This document shows positions 37,614-49,117 of a DNA stretch of 64,000 nt, one piece after another. The stretch covers positions 24,279,707-24,343,706 of the forward strand of contig NC_057737.1 in assembly GCF_004010195.1 (NCBI RefSeq). Direction: 5' to 3'. Position 1 is the first letter of the stretch. Each line of letters opens with the position of its first letter. Under the pieces are notes generated by a model. That model saw only the letters and a list, made by a program, of their open reading frames with translations. It had not been told where the DNA came from and did no database searches. This stretch comes from Chiloscyllium plagiosum. Taxonomy: Eukaryota. A program made the translations under genes and the position numbers.

Positions 37614-39464
37614 TACAGATTAATAGAGCCAAGTGATCTGTTTCTATGTTGTAAATTCACTGTAAAGGTAAATGCAGTGTAAAGGTGAATTATCTTTTGC
37701 AAGGGCCAGATGTTGGAGTGAGTTGCAATCAAAGGTCTAGGCCCAGGTGTTTTCAGCACTGGTTTTTAACTCCTTGCTTTCTTTTTGTTTCCCATAAGCT
37801 TAACTGGTTTCTGTACATCTGGCAGTTTCTGTATATCCTGGGACCAACAATGACCTCAGCTGCAGTAATCTGCACACCAGAAATTACATACATCTACCCG
37901 ATGTTTTCAGTTTCCTTAACTTACCCCGATCAAAACAAAATGTTTATTTTAAATGAAAAAGGGTAAGCATCAGAGTTAGGTGGTGTGAAAACATTTGAGT
38001 AATATATTGCACTTCTCCTTTGCAAAGTAAAGAATTACTTCCCTTTTTGAGTTGTGAAGGAAATGGGGGATGAATGACTTTGGTGATGTGAAGAAACTAG
38101 AGAAGCTGGGATTGTTCTCCTTGCAGCAGAGAAGGTTATGGAGATAGTTAATTGAGATGTTCAAACTCATGATGGGTTTTTATTGCGTAAACAAATAAAA
38201 ACTGTTTCGGTACCAGAGAGTTAGTAACCAGAGATTTGGGTTATTGGCAAATAAACAGTATGCAATATTAAAACTTTTTTAAATGAGTTGTGATGGTTAG
38301 GAATGAAGATTCAATGTGAAATTTCAAAAGTGAATTGGATAAAATGTTGATGGGAATAACTTTTGTAGGATTCTGGGGAAGAAACGTCGGAATGGGACTA
38401 ATTGCAAAACTCTTTCATAAAGCTTGAGCACGTATGACAGGAGAATAGTCTCTTTCTATGCCGTTTGATTCTCCATGTCCAATCTGCCACTCAAGGGTCA
38501 GACTGCTGCTTCAGATTGGCCACACATTACAAATATGACTGCATTTTCCTTAAGTGAACAAGGTTTGATCCAAAATTAACATTAGGTTATGTCATGACTA
38601 AAGACTCCACTGAGTCACATTAGTTTTGCAGAGATTTGTCAACAATGATTAAATCTATTCCTTAAGGTTTCAACACATGAACTTCTCCCAAGCCATTAGT
38701 CAGCCAATACGTTCATCCTTATGACACACTGTCTTCTAATGGCAATTGGAAAACAAAAAAGATTTATTACCTGATTGGATGATGCTTGACTCTCAATCAG
38801 CCTTTTTCAATATTTTTAAATCTGGAAAAGAAAAACTGTTTTTAACGCTGTTCTGATTTTTCTTCTGGGTTGCACATAGCAGTGCTCTGGAGATTGATCT
38901 TATGTCTTGTTTTATCCACTGCATGGGGAATTCATATGATCTGATTATCATTCAAATCAAAACATTTCAAATACTTATCTAACATTTGTGGTGATAAGAA
39001 CAATCCTAGATATGAGGACAATGAATTATGTAATGATTACATCTGTTTGAAAGCCTCTTATAGAGATGTAATAGAATGACAGCTCCCTTCTACCACCCTT
39101 TCATAATCACCTGATGGGACATATGCTAGTGCAGGAGGTTGCAGCTTTATTTCATCTGATATCTCATTTGAAATTTGGATTATGCCAAGTTTGTATAAAA
39201 GGAAAACTGGGTATGAATCATGACCTTCAACTCTGCCATGATAGTAAAGCTGTCTATTTACAAATAGCAGGCTACCTTCAATGTGGCCAGGTGTTTGAGA
39301 AATTTCTTTGCAAGTAATGATTTTATTTTTCATCATACTGAAACATTTTGTTTAACTTTTTGTTCTGTTTGTGTGGTTACTCAGAAATTTCACTTGTTCC
39401 AACTGCATCTGTTCCATCAAATAAACAGCATGTTTCCGAACATGTTATCTCTGTCACTCTATAG

Positions 39465-39598
39465 ATACTCCTTCAAGCAATGATGAAGACAATGTAGATG
39501 AGACATGCTCTGTTCTGATATCTTTAATTCAGAATTATCGGAGGATGGACAGGAAGCTGGGCATCTCAATGCTTCCTATTGGGATCCAGATCTACAAG
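39465..39598 (+). CDS. Calpain exon, domain III acidic loop (DEDNVDETCSVLISLIQNYRR...IGIQIYK)
   Basis: C..L..L.Q..RR...IG..IY motif; phase 1/0. Confidence 0.93.
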
Positions 39599-40280
39599 GT
39601 AAATTGAGATTTCTTTGATGGTCAAGGAAGCCACATTTCTTTGCTAGCAAATCTATTCAACAATGACATTTAGTTCAGATGAGTTAGATGATTGAGGGGA
39701 AATAAATGTTTGTAACGTAGTCTTCTTTCTAAATCCTCCGCCAAAGGGAAACAAATGATCTGTATAGCATCTTAGTGTCTCACAGGAAACAGTAGCCTCC
39801 TTCAATCCAACTACTTACAGTGAATAATTATTATCATGGTATTGCATGCAGATCAGTTGTGTCTATAGAATGGTCTGTGGACTGCGAATTCACACAGTTC
39901 ATTTACGCCCATTTTTAGGTTTGAGTGTTCCAATTTAAAACTAACCTGCAATAATGCTTTAGTTTTAAACAAAATAAAGGTTACTGTATTACAAACTACA
40001 GCTGAAAGTTACTAAGTCAAACATGGTATAGTTATTAGCTAAGAATTCATCAGATGTGATGGCTCCTGTAATGGAATAGTTGGAGGTGTGACCCACATGG
40101 ACTGAGCATAACAGATTTTGGAAGGGAGGTAATGTTCCTTTATTTCACATTTACGGTACTACAGGTTGTGCTACTAGGAGTCTGGTTAAGTGCAGCAATC
40201 CTGTAGCAGGATCCTTTGTCGCTTTGTTGAGAAAACTCTACCTCTGGTGATACCTCTTGGAGCTCTTCTTGGAGTTCTGC

Positions 40281-40340
40281 CTGTGGTGATATCCCACAGC
40301 CTATTTAACACTGTGGTGATATCCCACAGCCTATTTAACA
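40281..40340. repeat. Perfect 30-bp tandem duplication
   Basis: ctgtggtgatatcccacagcctatttaaca twice. Confidence 0.95.
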
Positions 40341-41041
40341 CTGATCAAAATCTTAAGATGACTATTGTGGTAACTTTGACAAATCATTGATCCACAAAGC
40401 AAAATCAATAACTCTGGAATTTCCTGTAGTGTCCTTTTAGTTGTTCTCAGAAGCTTTGAATTCTCTCACCTTTAGGCAAACCCATTTAGTTGTCAAAGGG
40501 TTAATTAAATCCCAATTGTATTCACTTATTGGTGATGGCAAGATAATATAACAGTCTTTTGGCTGACATTAAAACAAGGACAGCCATATGACTTATGGGA
40601 GCTATTTTTCAAGATGTTGTGTCCGTTTTAAAAAGTCAGATTAGTTTTCTCTACAAAATAGGCTTACTTTTGTCAGGCCTATGTAATTATAAATTTGGTA
40701 TCGATTCTGCTGCAAGGCTAAGCTTTCTTTATTCAAGCACAAGGGAATGTAAATTAGTAAATGGCACAATATTATTCATCTTGTAGAAGGGGATCACAAT
40801 CTATTAGCTGTCAATAATCAAGCCAGGCATACTCCAATCTTCACACCATCTAAAGAATATATTAATTTTGTTTCAATCTACTTGCTAAGAAAAGATGTAC
40901 TGTGGATTAGACAGATGCTGTCACAGTCAGATGTTATCACGTCCAAAATGGACGTTCATTTTGTAATCTTCACAAGAACATCTATTACAAAGAAGCAAAT
41001 TATGTTGATCTCAAATTTTTATTTCTTTTTCATTCCAATAG

Positions 41042-41287
41042 TCCTTTGACCCACAACTGGTTCTAACCACAGAGCATTTTACACATCATAAAACGATTTT
41101 GGATTCAGGAGCCTATGTGGCCCAGAGAAGCATAAACCTCCGCAGTAAACTTGCACTGGGACACTATGTAATCATTCCAAGTACCTTTTCACCAGATGCT
41201 GATGGAGCGTTTATGCTACGTATATTCACTGACATTCCAATTCAGTTTCATCAGGGATTCAACCTTGTAACAGAAGGAATGGACTGA
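41042..41287 (+). CDS. Calpain last coding exon (…LGHYVIIPSTFSPDADGAFMLRIFTD…EGMD*)
   Basis: GxYVIIPSTFxP...FxLRIF closes domain III; strong polypyrimidine acceptor; TGA at 41285-41287. Confidence 0.93.
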   Translation, partial: SFDPQLVLTTEHFTHHKTILDSGAYVAQRSINLRSKLALGHYVIIPSTFSPDADGAFMLRIFTDIPIQFHQGFNLVTEGMD

Positions 41288-41388
41288 ACTTCTGTTCGAC
41301 CTATGTGTTTTGACCAGCACACTTGTGACTGGAAGAGGAAGAAAAGATTCTGCTGATTAGTGATAAAATCAACTAGGAGTTCAAAGAG

Positions 41389-41565
41389 GTAAAAACAATG
41401 ACTGCAGATGCTGGAAACCAGATTCTGGATCAGTGGTGCTGGAAGAGCACAGCAATTCAGGCAGCATCCGAGGAGCTTCGAAATTGACGTTTCGGGCAAA
41501 AGCCCTCGAAGCTCCTCGGATGCTGCCTGAACTGCTGTGCTCTTCCAGCACCACTGATCCAGAAC
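41389..41565. mobile_element. Miniature palindromic PLE-derived element in the calpain 3' UTR
   Basis: 16-bp TSD ctaggagttcaaagag at 41373-41388 and 41566-41581; 59-bp inverted arms at 41423-41481 and 41506-41564. Confidence 0.9.
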
Positions 41566-41766
41566 CTAGGAGTTCAAAGAGTCTCATACATACATGTGAT
41601 ACAAGTAAGTACAGGTGTATACAGGAGGTACAAATAACAAGATGATACAAGAAAGTACCTTTTTCACTAAGATTTCAGCCATCTCACAGGCCATTTATTT
41701 ACAAGGGTTCAATGTGATTGTTGTATTACAGTTGAATACAAGCTGTCTGTAGATCAATTCTGCCTA

Positions 41767-41772
41767 AATAAA
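41767..41772 (+). terminator. Candidate polyadenylation signal of the calpain
   Basis: AATAAA about 480 nt after the stop, followed by T-rich sequence. Confidence 0.45.
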
Positions 41773-43549
41773 ACGCTAATTGAATTATAATTTCCTATTC
41801 GGTTCTCTTATATAGACCATGTCTTTTTATTTTTTGCAGTTTTGATTGTGGTCTGAAATGAGAAACTGTTTAAAAAAGCCAAGGATTACTGGGGGATTAT
41901 ATTTTTTAAATGGCACATGGGATGTAGGCATTACTGACAGGGACAGCGTATATTGCCCAACCCTGTTGCATTTGAACTGAGTGGCTTGCAAGGCCATTTC
42001 AGAGGGCACTTAAGTGTCAACTATATCACTGTGGGTCTGGCATCATATGTAGGCCAGATCAGGTAAGGATGGCAGATTCCCTTCCCTCTCGGATATTACT
42101 AAAAAGACAGCATTCTATGTAACACAATTCAGTGACATTGGGATTCTTTATACATTGCAAACTATTTATTTTTTCCTTCTCCTACTTTAATTTCAGCCTT
42201 ACAATGTGCAAAGATACCACAAATAGATAAATAGATAGGTTTCAATCCTATTGATAAAATAACTTAATATCAGCTGCTAGTTCAAGCATGCAATGGGAAA
42301 TTTAATTGAAATTTAAAAGCTCAAATAAATGTAAATTTGAAAATTTCAATTTGAAACGAGAGTCAATGAAAACAGCTGAGGTGGTTTTAATTTGCCTTGA
42401 AAATTAGGAAAGATTGTCTGGGAAGAAATCAGTTGACCAGTAATTAAATTTGTCAGGCCAAGAACACTGCCGAGGCTATCGACAAAAGAAACCCTGAAGT
42501 CAATTGGTGCCATGTTTGAATTTGGATTAACATTGAAAGAAGGAAAATTCAACCATAATCTAGCCAATTATTCTGGAAAAGAAAGTTGCACTTTTTGTCA
42601 GAAAGAACATCAAAGAAGAATTTGGTCATGCCTGGAATCTTTCAGTCATGTTTTATTTCTGTTTTAAAGATATGATGAAAACACCTTTTGAAAATGGAAA
42701 GCAAGGCTTCTTGAGAGCTCCTGAATCAGAGAGATTGGTAATTAATAGGAATGCCTACTTAGAATAAAAGAATAGTGACAGGGGAAAAAAATAACACAGA
42801 ATCAAATGGGAATAGGAATATCTCATCTTAATTGGAGTCAAATGGAATCTATCAAGTAAAAGTGAAGTGACAGTGAAACAAATTAATTAATAGCTTTCTC
42901 TTGGGAAATATTTGTTCCTTTGCCTATGAACTTTTATTTGAAGATAACTAAATTGAATGATTTTGCCACCAACCAAAACACTGGGACAAGGCAAAAAGGA
43001 TACACAGGCCCCAAACCAACTTTTAATTTTTTGAAAAGATACCTGAAAATGAAAATTGCATGGCACGATCTTGGGACACTGGTGTAAGCATGCAGAAGTG
43101 ATTGTTACATTTAAAGTACCTATCTTAAAGAATACATTAGAAGAATGCACTGAAGAATAGGTCTCAGACATATACACCAGTTAAAAGATTAGTTACTGTG
43201 ACCTGAAGAGGAAGAAAACAGTTTAAATGAGAAGGCATTCATACATAATCCAAAGCGAACCTGACTTTAAACAAACAATGTGGTACTGGTGAGAGAGGGT
43301 AAGAATTAAAGTAAAAATAACTTTGAGTTAGGATGATTGAAGGCTAAGGGGGGGGAGATGTTGTAATAAGAAAAATCCTAAGGATGGATACAGGTGAAGG
43401 CAGAGCTGAATTGTTTATAATTGCACGCATAATCAATTCCTGCAATCTAATACACAATAATCAGCTAAGAATGAACCTAAATTCTCATAATATGATAGCA
43501 TAGATTCAGCACAGAATAAGGGAGAAGGGGAGGATATATCTAACATTTT

Positions 43550-44391
43550 TGTATTCTCTTGAGGGATGTGGAATTGCGGGTGGGGCGGCATTTGTTGCGT
43601 GTCTCTGGTTGTCCTTGGGAGGTTGGTGATGAAACACTGCAGTCTGTTTGCTGTGGGTGAGTGGGCCCGCGGTGTAGGTGGGGATTCCAGAATTTTGACC
43701 GAGTGTCAGATGAGATATAGTTGGGATGGTGGGTGGTTAGATGGTGGGTGGTTTGAAGGTGGACTTGCGGGTGTGTCTGCTGCCCTTGTCCTTCTGGATT
43801 GGGGGGGAGAGGAGTTCTGGGTTTGGAGTGTGATGTCTGGCGATATTTGGTAAGTTTTTGCTGTGTGTCTTGTGGATGGTGCGCGGTGCTGCTGTTGTGT
43901 GTCAGTGTGTCAGGATGCTGTGCTAGTCAGCAGGCTGCTTTGTCCTGGATGGTGTCGGGTTTCTTGGGTGTTGTTGGGGCTGCATCCTTCCAGGCAGGTG
44001 GGGAATATTCCATCGTCCTCCTGACTTGTGCGGTCTTTAGGGGATCTGGAGGTGAGTTATTTGCTGCAGTATTCCTAGCATCTGACCTGATCTTGTACCC
44101 AATGTGTTTATGTGGCTTGTCCATTTCAGTTCCTCATCTATGATAACCGCCTCCCCACCCCCACCCAAAGTTGATGGTGGGGTGTTCAGTGATGGTAATG
44201 ACATTGAGTCTCAAGGAGGAATGGTTAGGTCATTAGAGATGGTCATTGACTGAAATTTGTGTCATACAAATGTTACTTTCCACTTGTCAGCACAAGCCTG
44301 GATATCATCCAGGTCTTGTATTTGAGTATGGACGGTTCAGTATTTGAGGAGTTGCAAATGGTGCTGATAATTGTGCAATCATCAGTGAACA
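43550..44391 (-). mobile_element. Non-LTR LINE 3' part (CR1/L2 group, family uncertain), A>G hypermutated over about 43560-44010
   Basis: TAQVRRTMEYSPPAW..AAPTTPKKPDTIQDKAAC is an RT C-terminal motif; homologous to 52355-52540 and the inverse of 51690-52090. Confidence 0.8.
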
Positions 44392-45547
44392 TCTGGAAAG
44401 CGAAAGCAACAGGGAGTATGGAGTCAAGTAGAAAGATAGTCAGCAGGTTAGCATGTGTGCAGTGTTTAAGTTCAAGGCAGACTCGGAATAAAGCAAAAAG
44501 AAGGATACCTTAGGACGTATTACTAGAGGTGATGGAAATCATGTGGATAAGAAAATTAGCATTAAGGTGCTTTACCTGAATGCTTATAGTAATTGTAAAG
44601 TAGATGAATTAACAGCACAAATCATTGTAAATGATTATGATGTGGGAGGCATCACAGAGACGTGGTTGCAGGGGGTTCAGGACTGGCAGTTAAACATGCA
44701 AGGATTTACAATTTATCAAAAAGGCAGGGAGGTGGGCAGAGGGGGCGGGGTTGCCTTGTTAGTTAAGAATGAAATTAAATCTATGGCACTGAATGACGTA
44801 GGGTCAGATGATGTGGAGTCTGTGTGGGTGGAGTTGAGGAACCATAAAGGCAAAAAAAAGCCATAATGGGAGTCATGTACAAACCTCCCAGCAGTGGTCA
44901 GGACAAGGTGCGCAAGATGCACCAGGAAATAGATACGGCATGTCAGAAAGGCAAGGTCATGGTGATCACGGGGTCTTCAATATGCAAATGGACTGGGTGA
45001 ATCATGTTGCTGGTAGATCCAAAGAAAGGGAATTCATGGAATGCTTACAGGATGGCTTTTTGGAACAGCTTGTGATGGAGCCCACAAGGGAGCAGGCTAT
45101 TCTGGACTTAGTGCAATGTAATGAGCCAGACTTTATAAAAGATCTTAAAGTCAAGGAACACTTAGGAGATAGCAATCATAATATGGTAGAGTTCAGTCTC
45201 TAGTTTGAAAGAGAAAAGGCAAAATCGGATGTAATGGTGTTACAGTTAAATAAAGGTAATTACAGGGGCATGAGAGAGGAACTGACTAAGATTGACTGGA
45301 AGCAGAACCAAGTGGGGAAGACAGTAGAGCAACAATGGCAGGAGTTTCTGGGTGTAATTGAGGACACAGGTTCATTCCAAAGAAAAGAAAGATTACCCGG
45401 GTGGAATTAGACAGCCATGGCTGACAAAGGAAGTCAGGAAATGTATCATAAAAAAGAGAGAGCCTATAAAGTGGCCAAGAGCACTGGGAAATCAGAAGAT
45501 TGGGAAGACTGCAAAAACAAGCAGCGGATAACAAAGAGAGAAATAAG
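44392..45547 (+). mobile_element. CR1 LINE AP-endonuclease region
   Basis: KVLYLNAYS...GITETWL...GRGGGVALLVK...ESVWVEL...EPTREQAILDLV...LGDSNHN. Confidence 0.9.
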
Positions 45548-46099
45548 GTCGTGTTCCAGGTATCGGATGAAGAGGCACTTACAAATGGCACCCTTGCAGG
45601 TGCCCATATCTAGCCCTTTGGTCTGAAGGAAGTGGGAGAATTCGAAGAAGAAATTGTTGAGGATGATGATCAGTTCAGCCAATCGAATGAGAGTGTCATT
45701 GGAAGGATACTGGTTGGGTTGGCGGGAGAGGTAGGAACAGAGGACCTAGAGGCCTTTGTCATGGAGGATGGATGTGTACAGGGACTGGATGTCCATGGTG
45801 AAGATGAGGCTTTGGGGGCCGGGGAACTTAAAGTCATGGAGGAGGTGGATGGTGTGGGTGGTATTCCGGATATATGTGGGGAGTTCCTGGACCAAGGGCG
45901 ACAGGCTGGTGTCAAGGTATACAGAGATAAGTTCGGTTGGGTAGGAGCAGGCTGAGACAATGGGTCCACTGGGGCAGTCAGGTTTATGAATCTTGGGGTA
46001 GGAGGTAGAACCGGGTGGTGCAAGGTTCCCAGACTATGAGATTGGAGGCTGTTGGTTGGAGATCTCCTGAGGTGAAGAGGTTGTGGATGGTCTGGGAGT
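45548..46099 (-). mobile_element. PLE reverse-transcriptase fragment
   Basis: Minus strand reads FYLLPKIHKPD...TMDIQSLYTSI...LNNFFF..SHFLQTKGLDMGT, typical PLE RT motifs. Confidence 0.85.
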
Positions 46100-46315
46100 T
46101 CCGCTCTATGCCACTCCCCACCCTGAATTGAAATATATCACCGTTCCTTCACTATCGCTGGGTCAGGATCCTGGAATTCCCTGTGGATCGGCCTGCACCA
46201 TATCGACTGCAACAGTTTAAGAAGGCAGCTCGCCACCACATTCTCAGATGGCCCATGAGCAAATGGACGCTGGTGGGCCAGCAATGCCAATCTCCCACAA
46301 GTGACTAAAAAAAAT
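46100..46315 (+). mobile_element. Short 3' fragment of the 43550-44391 LINE family, moderately A>G mutated
   Basis: Aligns to 51875-52090 (ggtcAGGatcc versus ggtcAAAatcc). Confidence 0.75.
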
Positions 46316-46480
46316 TCACCACTCTGAAGTTGGTTAAGACATCTTGCGCCAGAAACCTATCTGAAACGTTGTCTGTTAACTCATCTGCCAGGATACCTTT
46401 GCCAGGCTGATTCGCCAATCTATATGGAGAGTTAAATCACTTCTGATTATCAAACTCAGTTATTGGTAAAATGTTAGAGT

Positions 46481-46695
46481 GTTTGGCAAGTTTTGAGAAG
46501 ATTTGTACCTCAGGTTGATGTGGGTTTTCTCACTGTGCCGGAGGGTTCGTTTTCGGATGTCTCGTCGCCATGTTGGGTGGTGTCGTCGTGAGCCTCCAGT
46601 GGAGGCTTTGCAGGGGCTCACTGGTGCTGTTGCCTGGTGTGGTGGTGGGGCATCTGGGGGGCAGGCCTTTCAGCTCAGCGAGCAAACTTACATCC
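46481..46695. mobile_element. Miniature palindromic PLE (related to family C), A>G hypermutated
   Basis: 10-bp TSD atgttagagt at 46471-46480 and 46696-46705; gaagatttgta start as at 26212; self-complementary ends. Confidence 0.7.
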
Positions 46696-46879
46696 ATGTT
46701 AGAGTCTGTTCCAAATAATGTAATAGCAGAGTATTTAGAAATATTTAAGCAGAGTCAGCATGGAGTAAGTGTGCCTGACAAATTTATTAGAATTCTTTGA
46801 GGATGTAGCAAAAAAGGACAGATAAAGGGCAAGCAGCAGTTGGAATCCATTGGATTTTAAGAAGGTATTTGTTAAGATG

Positions 46880-47434
46880 GCAGGGGCTCTCTGCAGCCTG
46901 TTCATTTTCTGCTGGGCGCAGATTGGGAATGTGATGCTCCCGACTTGCCTTGATGGATGCGGCTGCAGTGCCACTCGGGAGGTTTGGCATCACCGGGACG
47001 GAGCGACCTGTTTGATTGGCGGCACATTCACAACAATCCACTTCCTCCACTTTCCTGGCCCTCAGTGGCGGCATGTGTGTGCTGCCTATGGGACGTGGTG
47101 TGGGAATTCACTGGGGATCCTCGGACAGTACCTTCTGGGCCCATGGCCGCTTCCGTCTGGAAGGACGGGAGTTGGAGGATGTGTGACAGCACCGTCACTT
47201 GCAGGTTCCTCTCCAGGTCACTGATCATCACAGCTGGGAAATGTATTGCCGTTCCTTTGGTGTTGCTGGGTTGGAATCCTGGAATTCCTTCCCTGGTGGC
47301 ATTGTGGGTTGGCCTACAAAAGTGGATGCAGAGGTTCAAGAAGGCAGCTGACTGCCACCTTCTCGCAGGAACTCGGGATGGGCAATGAATGCTGGCCTGT
47401 CTGTGATGCCCACATTCAATGAATGAATGAAAAC
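46880..47434 (+). mobile_element. LINE 3' part (same family, forward orientation), heavily A>G hypermutated
   Basis: Aligns to 51690-52090; (ATGA)n tail. Confidence 0.85.
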
Positions 47435-47559
47435 ATATGTAATACTTGTTTAAATTCGAGCCACTGACTGTTCAATTTCAGGTTTTTAAATGTATTTTGT
47501 TAATCTATCATAGGCAATTTGCTATTCAAACTTTATTTTGTTCAACTTTAAGACTCCAG

Positions 47560-47900
47560 TTTCAGAACAAACCGTCTCAATTGCAAAAGAATTTAAAACG
47601 GTACAATGTTAATGTCACTATTTCCCAACACTCCATCACAAGAATTTTAATTATTTCTTTCTTGCTACTTACTACGTTTAAAATATCCCAATTTTTGGCT
47701 GATTCCTCAACATACCATTCCAGGAATTTATGTTTCACAGTATTAGTGCTAATTAGGTTTACCCAGTCTACATGCAAATTGAACTTGCCCATTATTACTA
47801 TGCTACTAATGTTACATACAATCCCAATTTCCTCAATGATACCATGCCCAACATTACCACTCCTGCTTGCTGGCCTATAAACAACTCCCCTTGCTATTTA
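47560..47900 (-). mobile_element. Old CR1 endonuclease fragment
   Basis: MGKFNLHVDWVN resembles CR1 EN MGDFNxxxDW. Confidence 0.6.
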
Positions 47901-47974
47901 TTATCTCTACAAATCTGGTTCAATGTCTTGATCATTTGACTGAAGGTACTGCCTTAGTATTATATTGATTGTGT

Positions 47975-49117
47975 GTGGGAAATATCGTGTCTCACAAACT
48001 TGATTGAGTCTTTTTGAAGAAATCACAAAGAGGATTGATGAGGGGAGAATGGTAGACATGATCTATTTGGACTTCAGTAAGGCATCCGACAAGGTTGTTT
48101 CTCAGACTGGAGGTCTGTGACCAGTGGAGTACCACACGGATCAGTGCTGGGACCACTACTTTTAGTCATTTATATAAATGATTTGGATACAAGCATAAGA
48201 GGTACAGTTATTAAGTTTGCAGATGACACCAAAATTGGAAGTGTAGTGGACAGTGAAGGAGGTTACCTTGGAGTACAATGGGATCTTGATCAGATGGGCC
48301 AATGGGCTGAGGAGTGGCAGATGGAGCTTATTTTAGATAAACGCGAGGTGCTGCATTTTGGGAAAGCAAATCTTAGCAGGACTTATACACTTTTAATGGT
48401 AAGGTCCTCGGGAGTGTTGCTGAACAAAGAGACCTTGGAGTGCAGGTTTATAAGCTCCTTGAAAGTAGAATCGCAAGTAGACAGGATAGTGAAGGCATTT
48501 GGCATGCTTTCCTTTATTGGTCAGAGTACTGAGTATAGAAGTTGGGAGGTCATGCTGTGGCTATACAGGGCATTGGTTAGGCCACCTTTGGAATACTGTG
48601 TGCAGTTCTGGTCTCCTTCCTATTGGAAAGATGTTGTTAAACCTTATAAAGATGATGCCAGGGTTGGAGGATTTGAGATCTATGGAGAGGCTGAACAGGC
48701 TGAGGTTGTTTTGCCTGGAGTGTCAGAGGCTGAGGGGTGCCTTTATAGGAGTTTATAAAATCATGAGGGGCATGGATAGGGTAAACAGACAAAGTATTTT
48801 CCCTGGGGTGGGAGAGTCCAGAACTAGAGGGCATAGGTTTAGGGTGAGAGGAGAAAGATATAAAAGAAACCTAAGGGACAACGTTTTCACGCAGAGGGTG
48901 ATACGTGTATGGAATGAGCTGCCAGAGGAAGTGGTAGAAGTTAGTACAATTGCAACAGTTAAAAGGCACCTGGATTGGTATATGAATAGTAAGGGTTTGG
49001 AGGGATATGGGCCGGGTGCTGGCAGGTGGGACTATATTGGGTTGGGATATCTGGTTGGCATGGACGGGTTGGACCGAAGGGTCTGTTTCTGTGCTGTACA
49101 TCTCTATGACTCTATGA
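47975..49117 (+). mobile_element. CR1/HER1-type LINE, RT to 3' end
   Basis: VTSGVPHGSVLGPLL..YINDLD...KFADDTKIG...LVRPPLEYCVQFWSP; (TCTATGAC)n tail. Confidence 0.95.
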
